A program made the translations under genes and the position numbers. DNA of 64,000 nucleotides. Source: Lytechinus pictus (taxonomy: Eukaryota). The notes under the pieces were generated by a model that saw only the letters and a program-made list of their open reading frames with translations, ran no database searches and was not told where the DNA came from. Below, piece by piece: positions 12,801 through 26,327 of the stretch; the first letter of the stretch is position 1; every line of letters starts with the position of its first letter. Where the stretch lies: positions 11,286,001 to 11,350,000 of the forward strand of contig NC_087245.1 in assembly GCF_037042905.1 (NCBI RefSeq), given 5' to 3'.

Positions 12801-15800
12801 GCTTGCTAAATTTTATGCAAATAAGCTACCGGTGCTTTGCCCCAGACCCCACGCAGTAGGGGCTCTTCATTTATAACCTTCAAATGGCTCTATAACGCCC
12901 CCGTTCACAATCACGTTCAATCACTGCACAGGCGCGAGGGGGGGGGGGGTCTTGGTTCCACACCCAAGAGGAAATAAAAGAAATTATAGGAGACAACGTA
13001 TAATGAAATGAATGGAAACATTGAAATGTGTTATTTGCTTAATATAATGGAAAAATCTATCACATAATTAGAATGTAATTTCAATAGGCAATTTTTTCCA
13101 GCTCGCTTTGCACGCTGGCGACGTTTTACAGATTTTTCCCACATTACTATGTTTTGCCCCTCAAAATATTTGGTTCATTACGCAACTGGGTTGAATAAAT
13201 GTGTCGTGTAAAAGCTATATCCTGTACATGCCCGCGATTTGATTAAAATAACGGCAATCTGTGAGGTTTAAATGGCTTTGATATCAAGAAGTTCCGGGGG
13301 CTCCGCCCGGACCCCAACCGCACAGCACTTCGTATGGAAGGGTTGGGCCATGGCCCCAAAAAGTTCTACAAACAAGAACCAAAAAAAAAGGAAGAAAGAA
13401 AAGCAAAGGAAAAGTGTAGAATATGATTTTATTTACTGAATATAATATCAAAAAATAGCTCAAAGTTAGATTCTTCTTTGTTTGCAGTATGTGTATTTTG
13501 TTTCCTTTATTGCAAAGCGCGTAGAGAAACTTTCACTTTATTATGCGCTATATAAGAGAAGTATTATTATTAGTATTATTATTATCATGAAAAAGTGATT
13601 TTTTTCTCGCTCGCTTCGCTCGCTCGAGACTTATATAAAGCAGCTTTTTAGCTCATGTGCTATACTGCGCCCCTCGTTTTTTTTTACTCTTCACGCTACT
13701 GCCACAAAGAAGAGTGAAATATATTATTCTCTGGATATCATGTCAATGATCTATCACAAAATTGGATTTTTGTATTAAAAAGTCAAAATTTTTGCTCGCT
13801 CGCTCCGCTCGCTCGCAACTTTTTTTTCAAGATAAATTCTGCCCGATACGCAATATCTGGCCTTCTCAAAATAGTCGCCTCATTACACCTGTTCATACCA
13901 TGATATGACCGGGAAATTTTGGGCTCTTGCCCTCCCTGGCCACCGACCCCTGTTACGCCGCTGATGAAGTCATCCCTGTGGATAGAGGCGAGTTTGAAGT
14001 TTTGACATTTAATGTAAATGTTAACCTTTTCTTTTACTTAGCATCTGTTCAAAGATATACCGGATTTGGATCCATATACACTACCACACACAAAAAGTAA
14101 ATAACTACGCTGGGGACAAAATCATACAAATAATCCTATGACATCTTCTTGGCTTTGACATGTACCTATTTATTTCAATACGGATCAGTAAAGTCCTAAA
14201 GTTTAGAAAGTACACAGCTGCGAATATATGTTGAGCAATTGTGTGATATAACTCTACAGTATCAACAATATCATCAATCTCTCTTCCTTTTTTGCTATTC
14301 TGGTAGTTCTTCTCTTTGAGTGGAGTGCTTGGGATCACTTCAGCACGAAGGCAAACAAGTGTGGTAAGTATATGAGCTCCGACACGGCGCAGCAAAAGGA
14401 AGTAGAGTCTAAAGTGCTCTTCTTCTAGGCCAAATTTTATGCAGAAAATTATATCTTTGTGAGAGATATGCCAGGCAAGGTTTGATTGTATTAAATTGAT
14501 ACCAGGGTATATGACAAATACAGTCATGTGTAATTTTACAGGGGAATTGGTGGTTGTCAATTGCTACTATTTGTTGATTAATTCAGTTACTAATTTCCTA
14601 CAAAGAAAAAAAAACGTAAAAAGGGGACACGGCGTATACATTCTGTATTGGTTTACTTGTTGATTCAACACTGTATCACGATAAATTCAATGATTCTGTT
14701 TTAGAGTAAGTTTGTTCCAGAGAGGCATGATTTGATGCAAGAAATATCGAGGGAAAATTTTAAAAATATATCAGTATAGACGTTTAGTTTATACCACGCT
14801 TAGAATTTGAAATTAAATATCCATAGTTTGATAGTGCTAAGAATTTGTGAATCTTGTGGACAGAAAAGTCAAAAGATAATAATCCACAAGGTATAAAGTT
14901 TCAAGACCGAATACTCTTTACAATTTACCGATTCGAGATGGGAAACCTGCAACGGCCAATCACAAAGACAGTCTAGTCTGCTTTGCAAACCCTTCACTCG
15001 GATTAAGGGACTGAAGGGACAGCCTATCTCATGCCTTACGTACCGAAGGCCCTCTCGCTCAACAGCAAGTTTTATATATGTTAGTCTTTGCGTGGAGACA
15101 TACTTGTTGATCAAAGTTTCAATCAGGGTCTGTGCCTGCAGACTAGAGACGGTCCTGCATTCAGCGTGATATTTTGGATCAGTAAACATGGCAAAGAACC
15201 CCGATTATTTGACCTACGAGCCGAGGTCTAAGATTCAAATCCACCTAAGCATTTTGCAAAAACATGTACCAGTAAGACGAAAACTGAAGATCGCTGTAAT
15301 AGACATAGCTAAGCAATACAGGTAATAGTCGTATTGGAGCGCCTTGTTCTTGGTGTATCAGAAACCGTGCGCTTTGTCTAATATCATCATCATCATTATT
15401 ATTATTATTATCATTATTATTATTATTATTATCATCATCATCATCATCATTATCATTATTATTATTATCTTTATTATTATTATTTTTATTATTATTATTA
15501 TTATGAAGCTTCCTGTTGGGTGAAAATTACTATTAAATAGATATCAAGTTTCGTCTGGCATCGCATTCTTGTAATAATATCTGAGTCAACTTGGTAAATA
15601 CATTGGGGAATATGACATGAATGACATCTCGTGTATACCTCCCAAGATAATGAAGACGCCACAATTTGAAATGCAATTGCAGCCGTGGGATTACGTTCGA
15701 TTGTGATCATCAGCTTTCTGGGTCGTCCCTCAGAAATATTCGTGTATGCTTGTGAAAGTCTGAATACATATATTTATAAATAAGGAAGGATGGAGGTGGC

Positions 15801-18800
15801 AGGGATTGTAATTTATAGGAAAAGACATCTTAAAATTAAATTAGAAGATCAAAAGAGGGCAACGTCCACACCCTGTCTTATCCTGTCCGTACAATTACTC
15901 TGCCACTACCTTATACACAATATAACTCACCCTCCCACCATGGAGCTACTAAGTAGCTCCATGCTCCCACACACCTTCACACACGCTCACACTCTTTTTT
16001 TTTCTTCTTTTTTTCTTGCTTTTTAGCCTTTATTCAGATACTATTACATTTTTCATACATACAAGGGTAATAAATCAAATACATGTATACAAATTAAAGT
16101 GAAGTACACGTATACAGCAATATAACAAATGAAATAATATACATTTTGATATACATTTTGATAAAAAAAATTCGAACAAATATTATCATAACCCATAATA
16201 CCAATAACAAAAACATCGTAATTTCACATGTATTTACTGTATAATAATACACTCACGCGCTCACACATGTGCGCACACACACACACACACACGAAAAACT
16301 CACCCATGCATATCCCAGTGATCTAACAAAAACTAATCATAATTATACCACGGTTAAATACAGCCGTTGACCAATTTATCTGAACTTTAAATGTCTACTC
16401 CACTTTATCATGTTTATAGCGCTATGATTTGTTGAAAATAGGATGATAATAGGGAAAGACACGGTACGGAACACAGAATCAAAATAATTCTCATAATTTA
16501 CATCTACCTGATCTGATTATTATTGTGTTTGTGGTGGCTGACAGCTTTGCTTCGAATCCTTTGTTTTCCAAGTGCTCTTTTTGCGGGTCAACAAAACTGG
16601 TTATCTTCAAAACTGACAACCAGACAATTTATTCCAAACATGAGTTCAGTGGCATGAAAAATGAATTTTTTTTGTTGAGTTGCGGTAGGTCTTTAAATGC
16701 CATTTCAAGTACCATGATTTCATATGTCAGTCAGGAGCACACTATCGTCAGTCGCAGAACAATTTCGGCTGAATACTCACGTAATTTGCAAAATGTTCAT
16801 GTGCGATCATTCCATATCCATTTATTTATTACATGTATATATTATTCAGCTCACGTTGCATCGTGGATTTTCATTCTTTGAGATAATGTGGCACTTCATC
16901 ATGTTCATACATTCACCTTAACAAAAGAGCAATCTTTATTATTCTGCTTGTGTATACCTTTTTGTTTCATCATTACGGAGAAAGTAATTTGCATAATTAC
17001 GATTGATGAAAGCCTTTCAATCCCAATTCTGAATCTACTCAATAGAATACAATTTACACACAATACGTCATTCTATCGATACGTATACCTACGCCAGTCG
17101 CTTGGAAACTTTTTCATTACGCCAGATAATGTCAAGGGAAATTTTAAGAGGTTTAGCGATATGGAGAGGATCAAGCTGAGAATTGAAGATGACGGAAATA
17201 TGAAAGTGGTTTGATCTACAAGTGGATGGCAAGAAGGGAGACCAAAAATAGTATATATTGTAGAAATAAAGTAACACATCATTCTGGCTTACCAACATGT
17301 TCATCATTATGATAAGCCCCGATAAGGACTGTTATTATTGATTATAACAGTTTCCTGAAAGACCATTGAAACTTAGCATGTTGTACCAAGTGTACAATTA
17401 ACATGGTTTATGGCCGCGCTTCTCAATCTTTTTTACTCGAGGACCACTTTGACTAGGAATTTTTTCGAGGACCACCTACCAAAATTTTAAGAAAGCGAAA
17501 TTACTACTTGTCTCGACTCAAAGATACACAATGATTATACTGAGCATAGTGCGTAACTTTCAGTAGCCTCCAAACATACAACCATGACAACATAATAAGA
17601 ATGCTGAATACCTTCAACATTCGACACACATTGATTTTAGTTTTGGATCACTGCTGCCAGTCATAATGCACATAATGTATGTATTGTGAAATTTGAACAC
17701 AAAGCTCTTGAGCACATTCGAAACAAACAGTACGAGAACTAACTGCATTCGCAAAGGTCCGGCAAATGGGCGACAATAATACACAATATGCATGCACAAT
17801 GAGGTTCACATCAACGTTAGATCGAAATAATAATACAATTAATGTGTATGCATATTGCAACATGCACGTCCTGGTTATTATGATGATGATGATTGACCAC
17901 AAATTAGGAAGAAAAAAATTTAAAGGTGGTGATGACTATCAACCGTAACAATATGCAAAAATATATATTCCTGCTTAAGCAAGACTACCATGATGAGGCG
18001 CTCGAGCATTCAATGAATATCTTTCTAGTATCGCATGTATGGTAGTGGATCGTATTACCGAACACTTTTCATGAATTCAATCATATCAAACACATTATTC
18101 TCATAAAATTTACCAAACTTTCACCATGAATACTCAATTACCTACAAAATATAAATATGTAAAAAATTTGCCGAAATCGTTTTTCCTTTTTTACGATATT
18201 AGCTTCCAATCGGACCCCTCTTTGCATGTGAAATATTTTGGTTACTTAAAAAGGTATCGTATTACCGAACGTCTGTTTTCTATGGGAAAAGTTGAAAAAA
18301 CAACAAAAGCACTGATGAGCTATTTTGACCATATTTTGTTATTTTTATAATATTAAGACATGAAAAATGCGTTTTTTACCATTTTTTATCATCTTTCTAT
18401 TCAAGTTCTCTTTGGAAGGATGTTGCAAAATTTTGAGCGTTGAAATTATTTTCTGATGCGTATGATGCGCGCGTTCGGTAATACAAGACCGGTCGGCAAT
18501 ACAATCATTCACTATACTACACCTGACATGCCTGAATTGACAGTGACCACCTTCTATTCAAGCTATAAGACGTGAGTGGTGAGGTATAAAGCCCGGACCT
18601 CGTGCATGGTTAAACATCCAGAGACTTTTTCACAGATCTCCAGCATATCTCATGACTGCAATAAAAACTGTTATTTATGAATATATTGCTGATCAATAAT
18701 GTTGCTGCTTCTGGTGATGAAGAAGACGAGGAAATACCAGAAGTTCCGAGTGTTGTTGTCTTACTATAAGGGTGATTTTGTTTGATTTCACATCATAATC

Positions 18801-21615
18801 CGTAGCTCATTTTAAACATGAAATGAGCAGCTCAATACACTCCTTAGCTCCTTGAATCATGTGGTAAATACATATTTTTGAATATTGTAAAGCAATTGAT
18901 CTGTAAATATGAGCATTGTAGAAAAAAGTCAAGGAACATTACATTGAAAACTGTTTGAACGGGGTAAAGGATGATTTCTGGGCAGGGCATTGATGAGGTT
19001 TCAACGAAAGTGAACGATTTGTAAAGAGCTTCCATTCTATAGTTCCAACTAATTCGAATTAACCCACATGGAATCCACCAGGGACGTCATTTGCAAATAC
19101 CTAATGGCAAATAGTTTTGATGACTAAAGCTTATGGACTGATGAGAATACACAATTTACTTTTTAATGATGGAAATTCACTTTCACTATCATTTCACTTT
19201 CTTCATTTTTTGGTTTTGCATTTTTTTAGTAATAATGATTATGCTGTATGTATAATGCGGATTTTAAGCGCATGATATTAAGCATGTACTATAGTGTTAT
19301 AGGCCTACTAAATACAAATACGCAGAGGAAGATCACTTTCTTCAGTCTGAAGCTCTTCTATCTGAGTTATTTTAATTGATAAAGATTATTAATTTCTAAT
19401 CTTAAAAAAATAGAATGAGTTTTCTTTTTTGATAAATGTCAACATGACGTCATGGTAGAATCAATGAAGCTTTATTGTCCATGTGCATATATTTTAATCT
19501 AGTGAGTGCATTCAAGCTTTATAACTAAGTGAATAATGCCTCATTCTAATTCCACTGACATCATCGCTATATCATTTTGTAGATCGTTGGCTACATGACG
19601 ATGTCGATATTGTCAGCTGTAGTCGCCTTGGTAGCTGGGTGCACATACGTTTATGTCGTCTGTGCTGTCAAAGAAACTTGTCCCTTGCTTGAGGAACTTC
19701 ATCTGGACATCGAAGTGCCAACGGACGTCATCAATTGTGTAAGTGATTATGAAAGGGGGTTCCAACCTGAAGTTGCAGTCTATGTAATAATAAAGAAGAA
19801 ACGTATCAATAAAGGTTAACGAAGATCCTGTAAAATATAACTATATACGTTAGAGGCCTAATGAAAGTTTAATCTGTCACTTTGTCACTTATGAGCTGCT
19901 ATTTTGTAAGTCTGTATATACTATAAGATCCATAAATTACATTTGTTTAAGATGAAATATTGAGCTTTTCGAAGAAAAATGGGTTGGCAAAATATGTATA
20001 AAGTTCATCCGATGCACATTAATTCAAAATATGTTATGATGAAATATCGCTTACAGTTCACAAACTAGACCTAGGAATCGGTACTGCTAAAGGACCATTA
20101 TACATGTTCTAATTTCATCCCTAAAATTGCGATTTATACATAAATGTTTAATTGAGAGCTTTTGTTCAATATCTGTTGGCAAAAGAACAGATTGCTATTT
20201 CGTTCAATGAGTATAAAAAGTAATAACACTGATAATGATGATGATTTTGAATCTAAAAAAATATTTTCTTTCGAACAGTCGAGACAAGCTGCGGACATTG
20301 CCATGAATGGAACGTTGGCTGCCATCTTCTTTGTGGAACTCGTTTTTGCGCTCATAGGGTCATGTATTACGTGTAGTGGGATATTCTGCAACAGAGAACT
20401 ATTAGTAGCCACAACACTTATGACAGTAAGTTTGATTTATTAATGAATGTTTGGCTAGTTGATCGCTGTTCTCAAAGGGGTAACGCGGTACTAAAGCGGT
20501 ACGCCTATTAAATACATTGTTGTCACCCTTCGAAAATACCAGCCATATACTCCTATTTCTGAATTATAAATTATCTAAAATCTTAGAACAAAATCGTTGT
20601 AATTTATTTTCTTCAATATGTCTGTCATGATTACACAAATATTTATAAAAGGTATTGATGATAATATGATTTCCAGGCGAAATCTTTCCGGTTTTTTTTA
20701 ATTTGAATTCATTTGTTGTGCATTCAAGATAGCGCAGATCGCTTTTTTTCTTCCAGTGACTGGTATTCCCGGTTTTATTTTGATTAAGGATTTCATATTA
20801 TCTAAATGTTTATTTTGGAACTGCTGAATTAGCAAGCAAAACAATTACTTGTTTAAACGTCATAGGCCTATGTTCACTAGTGAATACGTCATAATAGACT
20901 AAGGGATTTTTCGTGGCAAACAGAACAGTTGTTGGACATCATGGTGGAGGGAAGCAATGCAAGACACTGATCATGCCCAAACTCTATTAAGGCTGCCTGA
21001 CATAGAGTCGGTGTTCATCCGAATTGTTGTATCAGTCAATTTTGGTCAAAATCCGATTTTGTCGTTAACTTAAAGGTAACCGTGTTTTTTCATCATGATT
21101 TTTTGCATGGTGCGGTTGAAAAAATATTGAATCGGATGCAGATGTTGCCTTGAATACTTATTAGGCCTCATGTAACACTGTTTCTGTTAATGAAAAAATA
21201 AAATAACCATTTTGAATAAGTTTCTCTTCAACGTTTACATCTGGTTTGAAGCGTGTGGTACTTTGGCATGACCTACCCTGCTCCATAAAGGCGCTGGAAT
21301 CTGGGGGAGCCGCAGTGGGAAATCACGGCACCCCCCCCCCCCTCCCCCCCACTTGTATCCCTTTATACCTAATTAAAAGAAATTGCCCCCATAAAACGTG
21401 TTTAGCGCTCCTTTTATTTTAGAGGGACCTATTCTATCTCGTATCTTTCTGTCAAAATATAATATATCGATATATTATATCAATTAATTTTTCTCGAAAT
21501 GGTGTGTAATAAAATGAAACTTTTTTTAAGCGTTTGTCTATCATTCATCCACTAATATATTATTCTCTTATCTCTCCAATCTTTTATTTCTCCTCTGTAG
21601 GACGATTATGAATAA
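9584..21615 (+). CDS. MS4A/CD20-like four-transmembrane protein, paralog 1 (~202 aa; exons 9584-9817, 14307-14363, 19583-19738, 20279-20425, 21601-21615)
   Basis: All introns are GT-AG and phase 0. Spliced protein: ...ITGTIQLLCGIIVFVLGIVCHAMNLTWSMAIIGVWAGLG|FFSLSGVLGITSARRQTSV|IVGYMTMSILSAVVALVAGC...INC|SRQAADIAMNGTLAAIFFVELVFALIGSCITCSGIFCNR...MT|DDYE*. The GxxQLxxG TM1, WAG motif, Glu in TM4 and Cys cluster after TM4 match the CD20-like family. Confidence 0.8.
10628..11229. mobile_element. Kolobok-like MITE (TTAA target)
   Basis: TTAA|AGGACAAGACCACCCC...GAGGTGGACTTGACCT|TTAA with long internal inverted arms. Related copies at 31669-32469 and 40165-40707. Confidence 0.8.
12311..13963. mobile_element. 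Non-autonomous hAT-like DNA transposon
   Basis: TIRs CAGTGGCGTAACAGG / CCTGTTACGCCGCTG, perfect 8-bp TSD ATGAAGTC (12303-12310 and 13964-13971). Confidence 0.85.
14307..14363 (+). CDS. MS4A-like paralog 1, exon 2 (57 nt, TM2)
   Basis: Polypyrimidine tract + tag acceptor, FFSLSGVLGITSARRQTSV, donor GTAAGT. Same length as exon 2 of paralog 2. Confidence 0.85.
15200..15503 (+). repeat. Degenerate SINE-like remnant ending in an (ATC/ATT)n microsatellite
   Basis: GAGCGCCTTG...GTGCGCTTTG followed by about 120 bp of ATT/ATC repeats. Confidence 0.45.
15939..15963. mobile_element. 25-bp palindromic insert with 7-bp TSD (candidate transposon footprint)
   Basis: CTCCCAC|CATGGAGCTACTAAGTAGCTCCATG|CTCCCAC. 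Confidence 0.75.
19583..19738 (+). CDS. MS4A-like paralog 1, exon 3 (TM3 + second extracellular loop)
   Basis: ttttgtag acceptor, IVGYMTMSILSAVV...VINC, donor GTAAGT. Confidence 0.85.
20279..20425 (+). CDS. MS4A-like paralog 1, exon 4 (TM4)
   Basis: gaacag acceptor, SRQAADIAMNGTLAAIFFVELVFALIGSCITCSG..., donor GTAAGT. Confidence 0.85.
21601..21615 (+). CDS. MS4A-like paralog 1, probable terminal exon (DDYE*)
   Basis: Strong polypyrimidine tract + ctgtag ending at 21600, in-frame TAA. Confidence 0.55.
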   Translation, partial: DDYE

Positions 21616-22304
21616 CATCCATTCGATGTTGTCATGCTTTCCCTGAGGCATTTGAAAGACAATTGATTTAACATCACGGATGCCACTGAAAATGGATCTA
21701 CAAACGCCCAACGAAGTTTTGAGCGTCGCAATCACATCAAACTCATTCGACTTATAAAATATTTGACAAGTCGAATTTACAGAAGTTGAAATTTCTGAAG
21801 CTCTTTTATTCTCATTTGGGTTTGATTTCAAGGCAGAGAAGGAGTACGAGACTAGTTCTAAAAATAGGTTATGCAGTCTCTCCCGATGTATAACAGCCAA
21901 ATAACATCATTCATGCAAGAATGTAAATGCTGATCACTGTATTACCTTTTTTGTTTTAAATGATTACGGCAAATGTATTACGGCAGTAAGGTATTTTTGT
22001 ATAGCGCCATCTGACGGTTTGAAATTCAAGAAGGGGCGCATTGGATGATGCATTTTAATTGTATCTTGTGAAAGTACCTCGCTGTGATTGGCTTCCTGAA
22101 ATGACCACGTGGTACGTGACGTATGGATGCATGCACGCGTGAGCCCGCAGTGAAAGAGGCTTGATATCGCGGTCGGGAAGGTTGGGGCCGGATGGGATAT
22201 AGAAACAGTGAGTTAATCTGAGATTCCGCGACATCTTTACTCACACCTGTGAGCCCAGCCACAAGACTGTGAGTCAGAAAATGGGTATCGAATTGATCTG
22301 AACT

Positions 22305-23135
22305 CACAGAAAGCAAGACCTCTGAAAGACTGCTGTAAGACCATGAAATTTGCTTGATCTTTTAATGGTATATCAATGAACTTTTAAAGATCTCCGATGT
22401 CTTTCACGATTCCTGATTGATCGTTCAGTAGTCTTCGTGGTCCCCATGATCTCCAAAACTTTTTGAAACGGTTCAAAACAGTCTTTCAGCGGTCTTACAG
22501 GAAAATGGTCTTTTGATGGTCTTTCAGCAGTCTTTCAGCGGTCTTTCGATGAACTTTCAAAGTTCTTATTAGTCTTTGCATGATCTTTCGACAGTCTCTC
22601 AAGATTTTTGCGGAGATCACTGTAAGACTTATGAGAGATCATTGAAATGTCATGAAAGATCATTGAAAGACTAAGCAAAGTCCATGGAAAGAATTCTGAA
22701 AGATCACTTGTTGCATAAAAGATCTCTGAAAGACCTTTGAAAGATTTCTACAGGACTAGTCTTAGACCAGTAAGACAAGATATATCCATCAGTCTTTCAG
22801 AGTTCTTTGAGGGGTCTTTCTGAACCATTCCACAGAGATGACAAATTTCAATGATCTTGAAGACTTTTGTAAGACCTTGCCAATTTTTGGTCTTTCAAAG
22901 GTACTTCAAAGGTCTCCCCTCTGTGGAATGGGGCTTAGAAAGATTGTTTTGAACCGTTTCAACTGAAAAAGTTTTGGACTCACGAGGACCGCGGAGACCA
23001 CTGAAAGATCCTTCAGGAATTATGAAAGACCTCGGAGATCTTTGAAAGTTGATTGAAAGACCTTTGAAAGATCAAGCAAGTTTGATTGTCTGAAGGCAGT
23101 CTTTCAGAGGTCTGGCTCTCTGTGGAATGGGGGTT
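22305..23135. mobile_element. Foldback/PIF-like MITE built of GAAAGAC/GTCTTTC microrepeats
   Basis: 22305-22490 is an imperfect inverted copy of 22940-23125. CTGTGGAATGGGG termini recur. Confidence 0.6.
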
Positions 23136-23346
23136 TCAGTGGGATTGTGTGGGCCTAGTGTTGTTTCTTGTTGGTCCCTGATTTAATTGTTAATGTTTAC
23201 TGATTATTGTGTGGTATCTTCTTATTTTATGTCATGTGCGCTTATTGACGTACATATAGCATTGGGTTTGGGGACCATGGCCTCAAGAAAGTTTCGCGGC
23301 CGAGAAAAAGAGGAGAAAATGAAATTGAAAGGGGTAAATATCATTC

Positions 23347-24468
23347 CAGGGGCGGCGGAGCGAATTTGAAAGTGGGGGGCACAGGAAAAAGGGCGTCTTT
23401 TCTTTCGAAAAGGGCACTATCTTATAAATGGCCATATGCATATTTTTTTATTCGCTGGGGGGCAGCACGCTTAAACTTTTTGGGGGAAAAGCGAGGGAGC
23501 GAAGCGACCGAGCTTATCATTGAAGCGCTTTTGCATTTTATATTTTGTGAAAATCTACAGTTAAATAATGTGAGTTTTCAAAATTTCGTGGGGGGGGGCA
23601 ACTGCCGCGTACGCTGCTTACGGCCATGATCTTAAAATGCAAAGAAAATGACTACCCCACTCACATGACTAATATGATTATTTTTTAATCAAGTTTTTCA
23701 TTTATCATGCACTCTTGCAGAAGGAAGCAGAATGGCGCGAAAAAAAGAAACCGGGTGCTCATCGGGCACGAAAAGAGTAGTTTTCCCTGAGGGGCAGTTT
23801 TCCCTGACAACTTATCTGATATGAAGAACAGGCACCTATATAAGAAGGCAACGGGGCACTTGCTGACATATCATAAAACGGATCCTTCACAGGTGAAAAG
23901 GGCACAGAACACTTTTCTTCGGTAAAAACGGGCACTGATACGAGAAAACGCACATAATTTAAGAAGGCAGAGGGACACTGTCTTGCTAACGGCATAAATG
24001 GATCCTTGTCAGGTGAAAAGGGCACAGAACACGTTCGAAGGGGCAATTTCCTTAGGTAAAAGGGGGCACTGATTCGAGAAAGGGCACTTACAAGAAGGCA
24101 AGGGAGCACTTGCTAAGACATAAAACGAGTCCTTCTCAGGTGAAAGGGGCACAGAACACGTTCGTGAGGGGCACTTTTATTGGGTAAAAAGGGGCACTGA
24201 TACGAGAAGGGCACATAGAAGATTGCAATAGGGCACTTTCAAACACGTAAAACGGGTCATTCTTAGGTGAAAAGGGCATATGGATCACGTCCTTGTAGAA
24301 AAAAAATGGCACTTGTACGAGAAAGGTCACTTGGTAGCACCTAAATAGGGTCCTCTTCCGATGAAAGGGGCACAGTACTTTCTCTTGCGTAAAAAAAAGA
24401 AATACTTTTCTGTGCTTCAAAAAGTTGGGGGCACTGTGCCCCCCGCCCCCTTCCGATCGCCGTCCCTG
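23347..24468 (+). mobile_element. Non-autonomous hAT-like element with internal ~120-bp tandem repeat (AGGTGAAAAGGGCACAGAACACG units)
   Basis: CAGGGGCGGCGG...CGCCGTCCCTG termini, imperfect TSD (TATCATTC / TATAATCATTC). Tandem units at 23780-24380 are the reverse complement of those at 1-420. Confidence 0.65.
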
Positions 24469-26029
24469 TATAATCATTCTTTCTCTATTGATGTCAAAAT
24501 CTATCCCAAAATTCAATTTTGTATTAAAAAATAGTCTACAGAGTGGCGTGAAATCAAGGACCATGCCCTTTCCCCTTTTCTCAAATTCTTTAAAGATGAG
24601 AAGTTTAATTTTTCGGAGGAAATAAGTTTTCCACATAAAGATAATAATTCAAGCAAACGCTCCTAGATATTTTTGATTATGCGATATCATTAATAAATAC
24701 TTTTTCCAAAGCTTTGGAAGATGCATGAAATTCGCACTACTTTATGGAATGAACGACAAGAGGAAAATTTAGGTCTATAGGTTTGACAAAATGTGGAAAG
24801 TTATTTTTTTTTTTCATTTTATGATTCCTACACTATATAACTGCACACAAACGAATAGTCTGTTTTTCTTTGTTCATAATCTCAGCTAATAATAAAAAAT
24901 TAATGTGCGATTCAATGGAAGGAGAGTGATTGTTAATTGTAGCCATAGGGTATTGGCTTTCAAGGGCATTATAAGGATTATTTTTGTTATTTTAGTGATA
25001 TTTTCACCCTTCTTTTTTTTGTACATAAATTATGGATTATGAATAATGTTGTTTATTGTTTTTTTTTAATCGTAGGATTTCTGCTCTCATTGACTTTATG
25101 GTTGATTGTATTCAATGTTCCATATTCGGTAATAATAACAGCTTGTATTCTTAGTTTATACCAAGCCTCCAAGATAATTGTTTAAAAAAAAATCTTTATT
25201 GGAACATGAGTAAGGAACCTTCCATTTAAAACAATTACAGTGCTCTGAATATCATTTACCACGAAGAATTTCCCATGGACGCTTACTGTGTTAGCAATAT
25301 ATACAGTGGCTGATCCAGGGGGGGGGGGCACATCCGGCCCCCCCCCCCCCCCCCCCCCGGCCCCCCTTCCAGAGGCATCAAAGGATTTTTTTAGTGAAAT
25401 ATGTTGAAAGCTGTTCTTCTAAGGGGTTGAAAATTCTTTTCTCGGGGGACTTTTATCATGTAAGCCGACGATTTTGTTCGTACACTTTATCTTGCATGTA
25501 TAAGTCACAACATAACCATGTAAATCGATATAATTGTAAATGTGTTTTATCTTGCAGTGTAATGATGTTTTTTTTTTATTATCATTATTATGATGATAGC
25601 ACTTTGTGTCATTTTCATCTAACCTTTCTTTGATACTGTTTCATTTTTACGTACACTGGGTTTCATTTTTATCATCATTCTGATAGGAAAAATATAGGGA
25701 TATTTCATTTTCCTGATGGTTAGAATAATTGTTGCCTGTGATTGTTTAACATTCTTCCTAAAATTCAAAAGGGATTATTATCTTGACAATATTCTTTCTT
25801 CTTTCTTTAGCTTTGATATCAAACAAATTACATTAAAAATAATGGAATTTGTTCTGTCATTATTGCTTATTATCGAAAGTAATGTTATACATGTTATATA
25901 GAAATGAACTGTGCATTAATGATTCAATTTCGCATTATACCCAAAATGTTTTAATGATTACATTGATGAAGAAAAATAAGTGCAATAGACAAGAAATTAC
26001 AATCGACATAATAACATTATGATGATGAT

Positions 26030-26327
26030 AATATAATAATAATGATAATGATAATGTCTATTTATAGAGCATAGTTACTACGTGCATATACTCAACTGCG
26101 CTTTGATACTTGGTATCATTATTATTACCCCGGCTGTAGCTGAGCCGCCATATCAATAGACGCTAGAGCTTTCAAGAAATAAATCCTACCGGGTATCCAC
26201 CTGGGTCGAGTGCAGCACAATGTGGATAAATTTCTTGCCGAAGGAAACTACGCCATGGCTGGTATTCGAACCCACGACCCTCTGGTTCAAAGTCGGGAGA
26301 CTAATCCACTGGGCCACAACGCTCCAC
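26030..26327 (-). mobile_element. tRNA-derived SINE
   Basis: The minus strand starts GTGGAGCGTTGTGGCCCAGTGG (A box)...GGTTCGAATACC (B box) and ends in an (ATT)n-like tail. Confidence 0.85.

Noticed and set aside
14105..14560. 151-aa minus-strand ORF
   Set aside because: No recognisable motif, and it is antisense to the real 57-nt exon.
26250..26327. Functional tRNA gene
   Set aside because: It continues into a SINE body and tail, so it is a tRNA-derived head.
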